Below are positions 1 through 12,147 of a stretch of DNA of 64,000 nucleotides, piece after piece. The notes beneath the pieces are model-generated. The model was not told the origin of the DNA and searched no databases. It worked only from the letters and a program-made list of their open reading frames with translations. Each line of letters opens with the position of its first letter. Positions within the stretch are counted from its first letter, which is position 1. Source of the DNA: Trueperaceae bacterium (GTDB lineage Bacteria > Deinococcota > Deinococci > Deinococcales > Trueperaceae); the NCBI GenBank assembly GCA_965213705.1, contig OZ243913.1, positions 1,600,001 through 1,664,000 of the forward strand, read 5' to 3'. Made by a program: the position numbers and the translations under genes.

Positions 1-508
1 GAACGAGTTGCGCCAAGCGCCGCCGCTCGCGTTCCTCGGCCAGGGTGAGTTCCGAGGCGAGGTCGCGAACCTGCTGGGTACGCGTTTCAACCTGTCGGAC
101 GAGCGTGTCGTTGAGGTGGGCAAGCGCGTCCTCGGCACGCTTTTTAGCGGTGTTGTCGCGGACGATTTTGGCGAAGCCCAACAGCGCGCCGTCTTTGTCG
201 CGGAGCGCGCTCATGATGCCGACCGCCCAAAAGCGAGTACCGTCGGCCCGGAGGTGCCAGCGTTCGTCGTTGGCGCGGCCGGTTTCGGCGGCGACGCGCA
301 TCTCGTGTTCGGGAACGCCGGTTTGCCGCTGCTCGTCGGTAAAAATCATCAGGCCCGAGTGCCCGACGAAGGCGTCGCGGTCGTAGCCGAACAGAGCGGC
401 CACCCCCGGATGCCAGGTTTGGACGACGCCGTGGGTGTTCATCACGAACAGGGCGTAGTCGTGCAGGTTGTCGAGCGTGAGTTCGTACAGATAAGCGTCA
501 GTCGGCAT
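1..508 (-). CDS. PAS-domain sensor histidine kinase (HisKA_3/NarX-UhpB type), partial, runs off window start
   Basis: Not in the ORF track because its stop lies outside the window. Hand translation from ATG 508 gives MPTDAYLYELTLDNLHDYALFVMNTHGVVQTWHPGVAALFGY...ERWHLRADGTRFWAVGIMSALRDKDGALLGFAKIVRD (PAS/PAC), then DLASELTLAEERERRRLAQLV, the HisKA_3 lead-in. Confidence 0.85.
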   Translation of the reverse strand, partial: MPTDAYLYELTLDNLHDYALFVMNTHGVVQTWHPGVAALFGYDRDAFVGHSGLMIFTDEQRQTGVPEHEMRVAAETGRANDERWHLRADGTRFWAVGIMSALRDKDGALLGFAKIVRDNTAKKRAEDALAHLNDTLVRQVETRTQQVRDLASELTLAEERERRRLAQLV

Positions 509-686
509 GTGACCCCCCGGTCCAACGACTGTGCAGTTTAAGTATCTCCATGGTGAATTTGCAGGAGCAAATTCACCCGAGTGGAGCGAGTACGGATAGA
601 CCGACTAAGCATTCTGCAAAGTCACCATGGATTAGCTTACAGGGTGGTCGCTTAAAAGCGAGCAGCGGAAACGACACCGGCAAAGT

Positions 687-1640
687 TCAGCCCCGCGTCG
701 TGCTCGAGAACAGTTGGCTGACTGAAGCGTTGTCGTGGACGTTGCGAAGCGCCGAGGCCAGCAGCGGCGCGACCGACAACACGTTCACCTTGCCGAGGTG
801 CCCGGTGTAAGGAATCGTGTCGGTGACGATGACCTCGCTTATGGCCGGGTGCGCTAGGCGCTCCAAGGCCGGCCGGATAAACACCGGGTGCGTCGCGCCG
901 ACACGGATGTCGGGCCGCGCGCCGAGTTCGACCAGCGCTTCGACGCCGCGCAAAATCGTTCCGGCAGTCGAAATCATGTCGTCGATGATGATGGGCCGCT
1001 TGCCCACCACCTCGCCGATGACGTGCGAAATGCTGGTTTCGGTCGGGCTTTTACGGCGTTTATAAAGAATCGCCAAGTCCAGCCCCAAGTAGTTTGCCAG
1101 CCGCCGACCCTCGGTCGCCCGGCCGATGTCGGGCGACACCACCACGCTGTTGCTGAGGTCGGTTTTTTTCAAGTACTGGCCGATGATGTCGAGCGCGGTC
1201 AAGTGGTCGACCGGCACGTCGAAAAAGCCCTGAATCTGGCCCGCGTGCAAGTCTACAGTGATGACCCGGTCTATTCCGACCGTCTCCAACATGTTGGCGA
1301 CGAGTTTGGCGGTGATGGGTTCGCGCGCCTGCACTTTTTTGTCCTGCCGCGCGTAGCCGAAGTAAGGCACGACCACGTTGATGCGCCACGCCGAGGCGCG
1401 CCGCAACGCGTCGGCAAAGACGAGCAGTTCCATGATGTTGTGGTTCACAGGCGCGCAGGTAGACTGGATGAGGTAGCAGTCGCAGCCGCGCACCGACTCT
1501 TCTATTTGCACGCGCGTTTCGCCGTCCGGGAACTGGGTCGCCCAACCCTTGGAAAGCGTCTCGCCCAAGTGTTCGGCGACCGCCACAGCCAAGTCGGGCG
1601 TCGCGGTGCCACCGAACAGCTTTATCTTCTCACCTATCAC
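687..1640 (-). CDS. prs: ribose-phosphate pyrophosphokinase
   Basis: FPDGE, PYFGYARQDKK, DLHAGQIQGFF and IIDDMISTAGT motifs. Confidence 0.95.
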   Translation of the reverse strand: MIGEKIKLFGGTATPDLAVAVAEHLGETLSKGWATQFPDGETRVQIEESVRGCDCYLIQSTCAPVNHNIMELLVFADALRRASAWRINVVVPYFGYARQDKKVQAREPITAKLVANMLETVGIDRVITVDLHAGQIQGFFDVPVDHLTALDIIGQYLKKTDLSNSVVVSPDIGRATEGRRLANYLGLDLAILYKRRKSPTETSISHVIGEVVGKRPIIIDDMISTAGTILRGVEALVELGARPDIRVGATHPVFIRPALERLAHPAISEVIVTDTIPYTGHLGKVNVLSVAPLLASALRNVHDNASVSQLFSSTTRG

Positions 1641-1930
1641 CGGTCATCCTTCAAGGTCGAGCCTCCAGACAAGTTCAGGAGGGAGTATACCTTTTACGGC
1701 GGTGGGGTTACGCCGGTGGGGAGAGGCGGGTGGTTGCGCTCCCCGGTGGGCCGGGACCCGGACACACCCCGCGCCAGGACGAGCGTCTACCGTAAGGCGT
1801 TTCCGAAGCCGCCGGTACGGAAGAGCATGGCGGCTCGAGCCGTTTGCCCCTTTTCGGTCGGTTCTCTTTCAGCTCGAGCGCGGCGAGCACAAACTTTGTC
1901 GGGGCCGGCGGGAAACCGAAAAGTCCCTGC

Positions 1931-1978
1931 CAAGTTAATGGACGCGCAAGTTGGCGGGCGTGCAAGTTCATGAAGGTG
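1931..1978. repeat. three degenerate 16-bp tandem units starting CAAGTT
   Basis: CAAGTT at 1931, 1947 and 1963 in the prs/dctQ divergent intergenic region. Confidence 0.6.
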
Positions 1979-2146
1979 CGCTGTCAAAACTTGCAGTCGG
2001 AATCCGCAGCAGCCCTCAGCGCCGACGTCCCCGCCACCTCGCGCTGTGACCGCCGCGTTGACGCTTGTCGGTGTTCGGGATAGGATGCGGACGAGTTAGT
2101 ATAAAATTACACAACGACGAACGAAGTTTGTTCAGGAGGTCAGGGT

Positions 2147-2746
2147 TTGACATTTCTACTGGGAATTTCTAAGCTCATCGACGCGGTTACGACGCGACTC
2201 GGTCAGGTGATGTGGTGGCTGACGCTGGTGATGGTGCTGATAGGTTTTTTCAACGTCGTCACGCGCTACGTGGGGCGGGCACTCGGCATCTCTCTGGGCG
2301 GCACGCTTTACATCGCGCTGCAAACCTACGCTTACGACCTGGTGTTTTTGCTCGGCGCGGCGTACGTGTTCCGGGTCGACGCGCACGTCCGCGTCGACGT
2401 TATTTACAGTTCTCTAAAACGCCGCACTCGAGCCCTGATAGACATTTTCGGCATCCTCTTTTTTCTGTTCCCGTTCAGCTACATGGGTATTTATTTCAGC
2501 CGCAGTTACGTCGCCAACTCGTGGCGGCAGCTCGAGGTCAACCGCAACGCGGGCAACATCCCGGTCTACCCTATCAAAACCATGATCATCGTGGCCTTCG
2601 CGCTGCTCATTTTGCAGGGCGTGAGCGAACTCATCAAGAACATCGCTTTTTTGCAGGGCCGCCCCGACTCCCGTTCGATTCACGCCGTCGAACCCGAACT
2701 GGAACCCATTGATGGCGGCGTCGCCGACAAAACCGAGGCGGTCTGA
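2147..2746 (+). CDS. dctQ: TRAP transporter small permease (DctQ family)
   Basis: About 4 TM helices, HVRVDVIY motif, AGGAGG RBS upstream, abuts the large permease. Confidence 0.9.
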   Translation: MTFLLGISKLIDAVTTRLGQVMWWLTLVMVLIGFFNVVTRYVGRALGISLGGTLYIALQTYAYDLVFLLGAAYVFRVDAHVRVDVIYSSLKRRTRALIDIFGILFFLFPFSYMGIYFSRSYVANSWRQLEVNRNAGNIPVYPIKTMIIVAFALLILQGVSELIKNIAFLQGRPDSRSIHAVEPELEPIDGGVADKTEAV

Positions 2747-4108
2747 ATGGAATACTTGCCCTTTTACATGTTCGGCGCGGCGGTCGCGCTGCTCTTAATT
2801 GGCTTTCCGGTCGCTTTCAGTTTGGGCGGGACAGCGGTGCTTTTTACCCTTATCGGCAGCGACTTTTTACCGTGGCTGCCCTGGGAGCCGCTTTTCCGGC
2901 TGGCGCGACTCAACATCTTGCCGCAGCGCATTTTCGGCACCATCATGGAGAACTACACGCTCGTCGCGGTGCCGTTTTTTGTGTTCATGGGCGTGATGCT
3001 GGAAAAGTCGGGTCTGGCGGAGGAGTTGCTCGAGACGATGGGCTCGCTCTTCGGCAAACTGCGCGGCGGTTTGGCTATCAGCGTGGTGGTGGTGGGCGCG
3101 CTGCTGGCGGCCTCGACGGGGGTCGTCGGCGCGTCGGTGGTGACGATGGGCGTGCTGGCGCTGCCGGTCATGCTGAAATACAACTACAGCAAAAAGCTGG
3201 CGACCGGGGTCATCGCCTCGTCGGGCACCTTGGGGCAAATCATCCCGCCGTCCATCGTCTTGGTCATCCTGGGCGACCAAATTGGCGTGTCGGTGGGGCC
3301 GCTGTTTTTGGGCGCGCTCATTCCGGGCTTTATGCTGGCGGGTTTGTTCATCCTGTGGGTCGTTTTTGTGGCGTTCACCCAACCCAAGCAAGCGCCCGCC
3401 ATGCCGCCCGAGGCGCGCACCCTGCGGGGCGGGGCGCTGTTCGTCAAGGTGTTGCGCAGCCTCATCCCGCCGCTGTTTCTGATTTTGCTGGTCTTGGGCA
3501 CCATCTTTTTCGGCTTCGCCACCCCCACCGAGGCCGGCGCGATGGGCGCGATGGGCGCGATGCTGCTAGCCCTCGTCAACCGCCGCCTGACCTTACAAAA
3601 CCTGCTCAACACGATGGACCAGACCGTGCGCCTCACCTCGATGGTGTTTATCATTTTGATAGGCGCGACGGCCTTCAGCATGGTTTTTACCGCGATGCGC
3701 GGCGACATCTTGGTGGACTCGTTTTTGGTTTCGCTGCCGGGCGGTCAGTGGGGTTTCTTGTTTTTCACCATGCTGGTGATTTTCCTGCTCGGCTTTTTTA
3801 TCGACTTTATCGAAATCACTTTCATTGTCGTGCCCTTTATCGCGCCGATTGCGCTGCGCTTTTTCGGTCCCGACATGATGGTGTGGTTCGGCGTCGTCAT
3901 CGCCATGAACCTGCAAGCCTCGTTCTTGACGCCGCCCTTCGGTTTTGCGCTCTTTTACCTCAAGGGGGTCGCGCCGCCGTCCATCAAAACGACCGACATC
4001 TACCAGGGCATCGTCCCCTTTATCATCATTCAACTCATCGCGCTGCTGCTCATCATCTTGTTTCCCGGCATCGTCACCTGGCTGCCGTCGATTTCGGGGG
4101 CGAAGTAG
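2747..4108 (+). CDS. dctM: TRAP transporter large permease (DctM family)
   Basis: GTLGQIIPPSI, TPTEAGA and SFLTPPFG motifs, highly hydrophobic. Confidence 0.95.
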   Translation: MEYLPFYMFGAAVALLLIGFPVAFSLGGTAVLFTLIGSDFLPWLPWEPLFRLARLNILPQRIFGTIMENYTLVAVPFFVFMGVMLEKSGLAEELLETMGSLFGKLRGGLAISVVVVGALLAASTGVVGASVVTMGVLALPVMLKYNYSKKLATGVIASSGTLGQIIPPSIVLVILGDQIGVSVGPLFLGALIPGFMLAGLFILWVVFVAFTQPKQAPAMPPEARTLRGGALFVKVLRSLIPPLFLILLVLGTIFFGFATPTEAGAMGAMGAMLLALVNRRLTLQNLLNTMDQTVRLTSMVFIILIGATAFSMVFTAMRGDILVDSFLVSLPGGQWGFLFFTMLVIFLLGFFIDFIEITFIVVPFIAPIALRFFGPDMMVWFGVVIAMNLQASFLTPPFGFALFYLKGVAPPSIKTTDIYQGIVPFIIIQLIALLLIILFPGIVTWLPSISGAK

Positions 4109-4120
4109 GGGCTCGAGACC

Positions 4121-4144
4121 TTCACCTTGGCGCGCCAAGGTGAA
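4121..4144. terminator. perfect 24-bp palindrome between convergent genes, probable terminator hairpin
   Basis: TTCACCTTGGCGCGCCAAGGTGAA; no clear U-tract. Confidence 0.55.
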
Positions 4145-4150
4145 CGGCGG

Positions 4151-4972
4151 CTAACCAGCCTTGACAAGCGTGCTGAGCCGTGAAGCAAAAACTGAGTACC
4201 TGCGAACTTGGTCGAGGTGGGTTTCGGGCAAGTGGCGCAGTCGGTAATGCCGTTCGACTTCCACCAAGCGCCGCAGCGCCGCTCTCACAGTCAGTTGCAG
4301 AAAAGTCGGCGTTGGCGTAACAAGCGACCACGGCGCTCGTTCCCACAGAACGGCGTCCACGCAAAAAAGGGCTTCCGCGTACGCTGCCGGTCGCCAGTAA
4401 GGGCTGAAATCGATAACGGCCAAGGGCTCACCTGCTTTGTAAAGCATGTTGCCGCTGATGTCGCCGTGGATAATTTGCTGGTGAAGCGTCAAGGGACGGA
4501 CGCAGCTCTGCAAATGCTCGTAAACCTCAGCCACTCTTTGGTGAGGTTGCCACTCGGCATTTTCCCAAACGATTCTGTCGGCCTGCGACCAGGGGTCGTC
4601 TCGGTCATCGAGAAATGCAGGTCTTGGACAGTCGGCAAGGGCTTTGTGGAAAGCTTGGCTGGCCGAAATCCGCTCGTCGTATCGCTCACCCAACAAGGTA
4701 GAACCCTCGAGGTATTCCCAGGCCGTCCAGCCCTCAAACACCCACCTTCCCGCACTCGAGACCAGCGGGAGAGGAACACGGAACCCCGTCTGCTTGATGG
4801 TGGCGTACACGTCGGCTACCCACTCGGCTTCCTCGACGCCGAAAGCGGGTTTGAGAACCGTGTCCCCAACTCGGTAAGTCGAGCCTTGACCCCCCTCGAG
4901 CTTGACGGCTACGCCCGAAACGGCAAAGGCTTCCAAAACGCTTTCTGGTGGTTGCACCGTGTTGTCTTTCAT
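4151..4972 (-). CDS. aminoglycoside phosphotransferase-like kinase
   Basis: GGQG, VLKP, IIHGDISGN and VIDFSPYWRP motifs. Confidence 0.8.
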   Translation of the reverse strand: MKDNTVQPPESVLEAFAVSGVAVKLEGGQGSTYRVGDTVLKPAFGVEEAEWVADVYATIKQTGFRVPLPLVSSAGRWVFEGWTAWEYLEGSTLLGERYDERISASQAFHKALADCPRPAFLDDRDDPWSQADRIVWENAEWQPHQRVAEVYEHLQSCVRPLTLHQQIIHGDISGNMLYKAGEPLAVIDFSPYWRPAAYAEALFCVDAVLWERAPWSLVTPTPTFLQLTVRAALRRLVEVERHYRLRHLPETHLDQVRRYSVFASRLSTLVKAG

Positions 4973-4984
4973 TTCAAGCTCAAA

Positions 4985-5911
4985 TCAGTAGCTCGAGATC
5001 GTCTCGAGCAGCACCGCCAGCGCCCCATCCCGGTCGATGTGTTTGCCCACCTGCGCGTTTTTGGGTAGGTCGCTCCGCACCTTGCGCTCGTCCACCACGG
5101 TCATGCCGCGGGTGTGCTCGCCGCGCAGTTCGACGGCGACGTTTCGCGGTTCGAAAGTTATCAGGTCGGGGTGCGTCAGGGCCAACACCGCGCAGGGGTC
5201 GTGGAGGGGCGCGGTGAAGGTGCCGAAAAAGCGCTCCGCGTAAGTTTGGCCGAAGAATTCAATCATGTCTGCAACGAAGTGGGCCGCGCGGTTGTCGACG
5301 GCGCGAATCGTCACCAGGTCTTCGGTGCGCAGGTCGAACTGGTGGGTCAGGTCGAGGCCGCACATCAAGATATTCGCGCCGCTCCTGAACACGATGTCCG
5401 CCGCTTCGGGGTCGGCCAAGACGTTGAACTCGGCGGCGGGCGTGGTGTTGCCAAAGGTGCTCGAGCCGCCCATCACCGAAATGCCTTTGAGCTTGGTTGC
5501 CAAGTTCGGCGCTAAACTCAGCGCGAGCGCGACGTTGGTCAGCGGCCCGACCGCGACGAGCCAGAGGTCGTCGTGTTGACGGATGGTGTCGATAAGATAG
5601 TGAACCGCGTCGTCTCCCGCTACCTCGCGTGTCAATGGCGGCAACTCGGGGCCGCCCAGCCCGGTTTCGCCGTGGATGTCGGGCGCGTGTAGGGGTTCGG
5701 CGACAAGCGGCGCGTTCGCACCCCGGTAAACGGGTACGTCGACGTCTAAAAGTTGCGTCGTGATGAGCGCGTTGTGGGTGGTGAGGTCTAAGTTCACGTT
5801 GCCGTTCACCGTCGTGACGCCGAGCAGTTCGGTGTGGCGCGCGGCGAGCAAAATCGCAATCGCGTCGTCGTGGCCGGGGTCGCAGTCGAGAATGATTTTG
5901 GGTTTGGGCAT
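4985..5911 (-). CDS. inosine/uridine-preferring nucleoside hydrolase (RihA family)
   Basis: DCDPGHDDA, GPLTNVA, AEFN and LHDP motifs. Confidence 0.93.
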   Translation of the reverse strand: MPKPKIILDCDPGHDDAIAILLAARHTELLGVTTVNGNVNLDLTTHNALITTQLLDVDVPVYRGANAPLVAEPLHAPDIHGETGLGGPELPPLTREVAGDDAVHYLIDTIRQHDDLWLVAVGPLTNVALALSLAPNLATKLKGISVMGGSSTFGNTTPAAEFNVLADPEAADIVFRSGANILMCGLDLTHQFDLRTEDLVTIRAVDNRAAHFVADMIEFFGQTYAERFFGTFTAPLHDPCAVLALTHPDLITFEPRNVAVELRGEHTRGMTVVDERKVRSDLPKNAQVGKHIDRDGALAVLLETISSY

Positions 5912-5929
5912 GGGAAAAGTGGGGAGGTA

Positions 5930-5986
5930 GGGGAGAGGAAGTAGGGGGGTAAGAGCTTTGGTTTTACTCCCCTACTTCCTCTCCCC
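5930..5986. repeat. 23-bp purine/pyrimidine inverted repeat built from heptamer-like units
   Basis: GGGGAGAGGAAGTAGGGGGGTAA (5930-5952) pairs with TTACTCCCCTACTTCCTCTCCCC (5964-5986) with 1 mismatch; lies directly downstream of gyrA. Confidence 0.8.
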
Positions 5987-5996
5987 ACTTCCTTAC

Positions 5997-8543
<2,547 letters not shown>

Positions 8544-9147
8544 TGCGGTGTCGTTGAGGCGAACGGGGGTTCAACCGAGGTCGAGAACGTGTGACGCCGA
8601 ACATTTAAGTCTACCACTCGCGGCCCCATCCTGTACGCTCCTGAAAAACAAGCGAGGGTGTGTGCTGGACGCGGTTTCGGAAGGTCGGCAAAAAGGGGCG
8701 AAGGCTTTCAGCGGGTGGCTCTGCTACCTGCGCCGAGGTACGCGGTTGTCGCGTCGCTACCTCGGCAGGTGACGCGCTCGAGCGCGCTCTGTTAGGTACT
8801 CGCACGCGGGGTAATCCCGTTACTACAGTGGGTGTTTCAGGCGCAACGACTGTGCAAAGATGGCTCATGCCCGCGTTGTCCCCGCCGACCGAACCCGAAT
8901 TGCCCAAAGGAGGTGTGGGCGTCCTGTCGAAGGTTTGTTGCCACGCGACCCTGCAAAAAGCCGACCCAGCCGTTTCGACCAGCACCAGCCGGCTGCCTCG
9001 AGCGCCCAAACGGGACGACGCCGGGCGGGTTGCGGGCCACTCGCCCAAAAAGTGCTCAGGTGCGGTTTTCGGTGCGGACTTTGGCAACCTCGTTGCGCCA
9101 CCGAACACGCGTCGGCGCGTCGTCGAGGCGCACCCGGAGGCCCGGCC

Positions 9148-10410
9148 GTGTTAGACCGAGTCGCACAGCAAACCGCACGCCAGACCGCACAGCAGACCGC
9201 ACGCCAGACCGCAGGGGAGCCTGCAGAGAAGACCACAGAGAAGACCGCAAAAACCGCAGCCGAGCCGCTCGCCCCGGCAACGGTCCGTGTCCTGCTCGTT
9301 GACGACGACGAGGTCGACCGCGAAGCCGTTACGCGGCTGCTCAAGCCCCCCCACGAGGTCCTGAAAGCGCCGACGGGTCGGGCGGCGCTCGGGCACCTGC
9401 GCGCAACGCCGCCCGACTGCGTCCTGCTCGACTATTTGTTGCCGGACTCGGACGCGTTTCAACTGCTGGAACGGTGCGTCGAGGTGTACGTGCCGGTGGT
9501 GGTTCTGACCGGTGAGGACAGCCCGGAGCTTATCGTCAGCATGTTGCAGCGAGGTGCGCAAGACTGTCTGGTCAAAAGCCAGTTGAACAAACGCGGGCTC
9601 GAGGCGGCCATCCACAACGCCGTCGAAAAAGTCGCCTTGCGCCGCGACTTGGACGTTAAACAGCGCTTACTCGCCTTGCAAGCGGAGGCGCTCGAGACCA
9701 AAAACCGGCAACTCCGCCAGCTCGCCTCGGACCTGACCTTGGCCGAGCAGCGAGAACGTCACCAGATTGCCCATGTGCTGCACGACGACTTGCAACAGCG
9801 TCTTTACGGGGTGAGGTTGCTCCTGCGCGCGGTGCAGCGCGACGTGCTCGGTCAGAACATACCGGGTCAAAACATACCGGGTCAAAACGTGCCGGGTCAA
9901 GGCTCGGCGCTAACGCACTTGCAGGAAGCTTACGACCAACTCGGCGAGGCTTTGCAAGCTTCGCGGCAACTCACGGTCGACTTGAGCCCGCCGGTTTTGA
10001 AAGGTGAAGGGTTGCTGGAAGCGTTGGGCTGGCTGGCTTCGCAGATGCGGGAGCGCTTCAACTTGCAGGTCGAACTCGAGAAAAAGAGCGATGTGCCGTT
10101 GCCGAGCGAGGCCATGCGTATTTTGCTGTTCCAAATCGTGCGCGAACTCCTCGCCAACGTCGCGGCCCACGCGGCTGTCGACCGGGTGCGAGTGACCTTG
10201 CAAGTTCAAGACGAATTCGTCTACGTGTCCGTCGCGGACGAGGGCCGGGGGTTCGACCCCGGGCTGCTGGCCGCGACACCTCCTTCGGCGGGGTTCGGTC
10301 TCTACGCGGTGCGCGAAAAGCTCGCCCTGTTCGGCGGCGGTTTCGTGGTGGAGTCCAGTCCGGGCCACGGCACCCGCGCGACGCTGACCCTACCGGTCGC
10401 CAACCTGTAG
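9148..10410 (+). CDS. hybrid receiver - HisKA_3 histidine kinase
   Basis: REC domain (LLVDDD, LLDY, VLTG, LVK), ERHQIAHVLHDDLQQ H-box, ELLANV, DEGRGFD, GFGL. Start moved from 8860 to GTG 9148, which follows GGAGG. Confidence 0.88.
   Translation: MLDRVAQQTARQTAQQTARQTAGEPAEKTTEKTAKTAAEPLAPATVRVLLVDDDEVDREAVTRLLKPPHEVLKAPTGRAALGHLRATPPDCVLLDYLLPDSDAFQLLERCVEVYVPVVVLTGEDSPELIVSMLQRGAQDCLVKSQLNKRGLEAAIHNAVEKVALRRDLDVKQRLLALQAEALETKNRQLRQLASDLTLAEQRERHQIAHVLHDDLQQRLYGVRLLLRAVQRDVLGQNIPGQNIPGQNVPGQGSALTHLQEAYDQLGEALQASRQLTVDLSPPVLKGEGLLEALGWLASQMRERFNLQVELEKKSDVPLPSEAMRILLFQIVRELLANVAAHAAVDRVRVTLQVQDEFVYVSVADEGRGFDPGLLAATPPSAGFGLYAVREKLALFGGGFVVESSPGHGTRATLTLPVANL
9169..9252 (+). repeat. in-frame 12-bp tandem repeat, about 7 degenerate units (QTAR/QTAQ/KTTE)
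   Basis: CAGACCGCACGC / CAGACCGCACAG units. Confidence 0.85.
9850..9900 (+). repeat. in-frame 15-bp tandem repeat, 3.4 units (GQNIP)
   Basis: GGTCAGAACATACCG GGTCAAAACATACCG GGTCAAAACGTGCCG GGTCAA. Confidence 0.9.
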
Positions 10411-10440
10411 CCCCAAACCTGTAAACCAAAAAGGTGTGAT

Positions 10441-10833
10441 GTGACCTACCAACTCTTTGTTATCGACGACCACGACGCCATGCGACGGGCGCTGGTTCGC
10501 TTTTTGAACGGGGAAGCCAACCTGAACGTCTGCGGCGAGGCGGCCTCCGCCCGAGAAGGTCTGCAACGGCTCGAGACGCTGACCCCCGACCTCGTTTTGG
10601 TCGACATGTCGATGCCCGAAATGAACGGGGTGGAGTTTGTGACGGCACTTCACGAGACGAACCCCACACTGCCTTGCCTCATGGTCTCGGCCCACGCCCA
10701 AAAGGACTACGTTCGCGCCGCGTTGCAGGCGGGCGCGCGCGGTTACGTGATGAAAGAAGACCCGCTCGACGTCCTCACGGCTATCTTTCAGGTCATAGGT
10801 GGCAAGGTGTACACGGGAACGGGCAAAGTTTGA
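10441..10833 (+). CDS. stand-alone NarL-type response regulator receiver (no LuxR HTH)
   Basis: VIDDH, LVDMSMPEMNG and GARGYVMK motifs; ends at 130 aa. Confidence 0.85.
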   Translation: MTYQLFVIDDHDAMRRALVRFLNGEANLNVCGEAASAREGLQRLETLTPDLVLVDMSMPEMNGVEFVTALHETNPTLPCLMVSAHAQKDYVRAALQAGARGYVMKEDPLDVLTAIFQVIGGKVYTGTGKV

Positions 10834-10891
10834 GCGAGTTTCGGGCATTCACTCTTGTTGCGCAGGCGCGGGCCTGAACAGCTGTCCGTCT

Positions 10892-11989
10892 TCAGCGCTC
10901 CCTCTTTTTCGGGCCGAAGCCAACCCGGACGGCAACGGCCAGGGACAAAAGCAGCAGCGTCGTCGACAGGCCCAGCGCCCCGACCGGCCCACCCAGCAGG
11001 TCGCCCGCCAGACCGCTCAAGCTCGGCCCCACCGCCTGCCCCACCGCAAAACAGGCGGTGGACAAACCCATCGCCCGCGCCCAGCCGCTCGGCGGCAACA
11101 GCTTGCGGAACACGTCGGTCAGCGCCGTAATCACGCCCAAAAAACTGATGCCGAAAACGAACGCCGACAACCACGGCGCACTGACCACGAGCGGGTAGAC
11201 GCTCGCCACGGCCAGACAGGCCAGCACAAGTTCCAAACTCCGCACCCCGCCGAAGCGCTCGACCAGCGGCCCCCAGGCCAGCCCGGTCAGCGACGCGCCC
11301 AGGCCGAGCACCGCCCAAAACGGGATAATGGGCACGGTGAGGCCGGTCGTCACAAAGGTCATGTAGCCGATATAGCCCGCCCCGTAAAGCCCGTAGGCGA
11401 CGAGGAGCGGCACGATGGGCCGCAAGCTGCCGTCGCCGCCGACCGCGCGGGCCGCGGGCTCGGCCAAGCCGCCCTGGGCCAGGTAAGCGACCAGGCTCAA
11501 CAAGACGGAAAGCGCGGCCAGGAGCAGCCAGCCCGTTCGCCAACTCGTCATCAGCGGCAACACGGCCGGCGACAGCAAGATGCCGATGCCCACGCCGCCG
11601 AAGTACATCCCCGTCGCCAAACCCCGCCCGCCGCTCGCCAACAGCAGCGCAGCGCCGCCGACGAACACGAACGCGCCGAGCACGCCCTGAACGAAGCGCA
11701 AAACGAGCAGCAGGTAAAAATCCCCGCCGAAAGCCAGCAGCGCTAAACTCAGCGCCTGCAGCCACAGCGAGGCGTAGAGCCCGCGCCGGTAACCGGTCGC
11801 GTAGAGCACCCGGTGACTGACAAGCGCGCCGAGGAGGTAACCCGCCGTGTTCGCGCTGCCCAGAACCCCGGCTTGAACGTAGCTGAGGCCGAGCGCAACC
11901 TGCATCGCGGGCAGTACCAGCGCGTACGCGAAACGCCCGACGCCCAGAGCGGCGGCGGGCGCAAAACCGAGGAGGAAGCCGAGGCGCAT
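10892..11989 (-). CDS. MFS transporter (YbfB/YjiJ family)
   Basis: GVGRFAYALVLPAM, GSANTAGYLLG and YGAGYIGYMTF motifs; ATG 11989 chosen as start. Confidence 0.85.
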   Translation of the reverse strand: MRLGFLLGFAPAAALGVGRFAYALVLPAMQVALGLSYVQAGVLGSANTAGYLLGALVSHRVLYATGYRRGLYASLWLQALSLALLAFGGDFYLLLVLRFVQGVLGAFVFVGGAALLLASGGRGLATGMYFGGVGIGILLSPAVLPLMTSWRTGWLLLAALSVLLSLVAYLAQGGLAEPAARAVGGDGSLRPIVPLLVAYGLYGAGYIGYMTFVTTGLTVPIIPFWAVLGLGASLTGLAWGPLVERFGGVRSLELVLACLAVASVYPLVVSAPWLSAFVFGISFLGVITALTDVFRKLLPPSGWARAMGLSTACFAVGQAVGPSLSGLAGDLLGGPVGALGLSTTLLLLSLAVAVRVGFGPKKRER

Positions 11990-11992
11990 TAA

Positions 11993-12034
11993 AGTACCGA
12001 GGACCGAGTAGAAAGTAAAAAGTAAAAAGCGAAA
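11993..12034. repeat. heptamer array AGTACCG AGGACCG AGTAGAA AGTAAAA AGTAAAA AGCGAAA
   Basis: 7-bp periodicity read directly. Confidence 0.75.
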
Positions 12035-12147
12035 AACAGAGTCAAGAGTGTTTGCTCCTCCGCTCTTCTGCTCTTTGCCCTTCGTGAAGGGAAAGCCTCG
12101 AGCGCACACGGCATGATAACGCCCGCGGGCCTGCTAAACTCAGCGCT

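Noticed and set aside
8..541. Plus-strand 177-aa ORF
   Set aside because: Antisense shadow of the minus-strand PAS kinase, which has clear domain motifs.
8860..9147. N-terminal 96 codons of the ORF-track kinase
   Set aside because: Arg/Cys-rich, non-protein-like sequence; GGAGG precedes GTG 9148.
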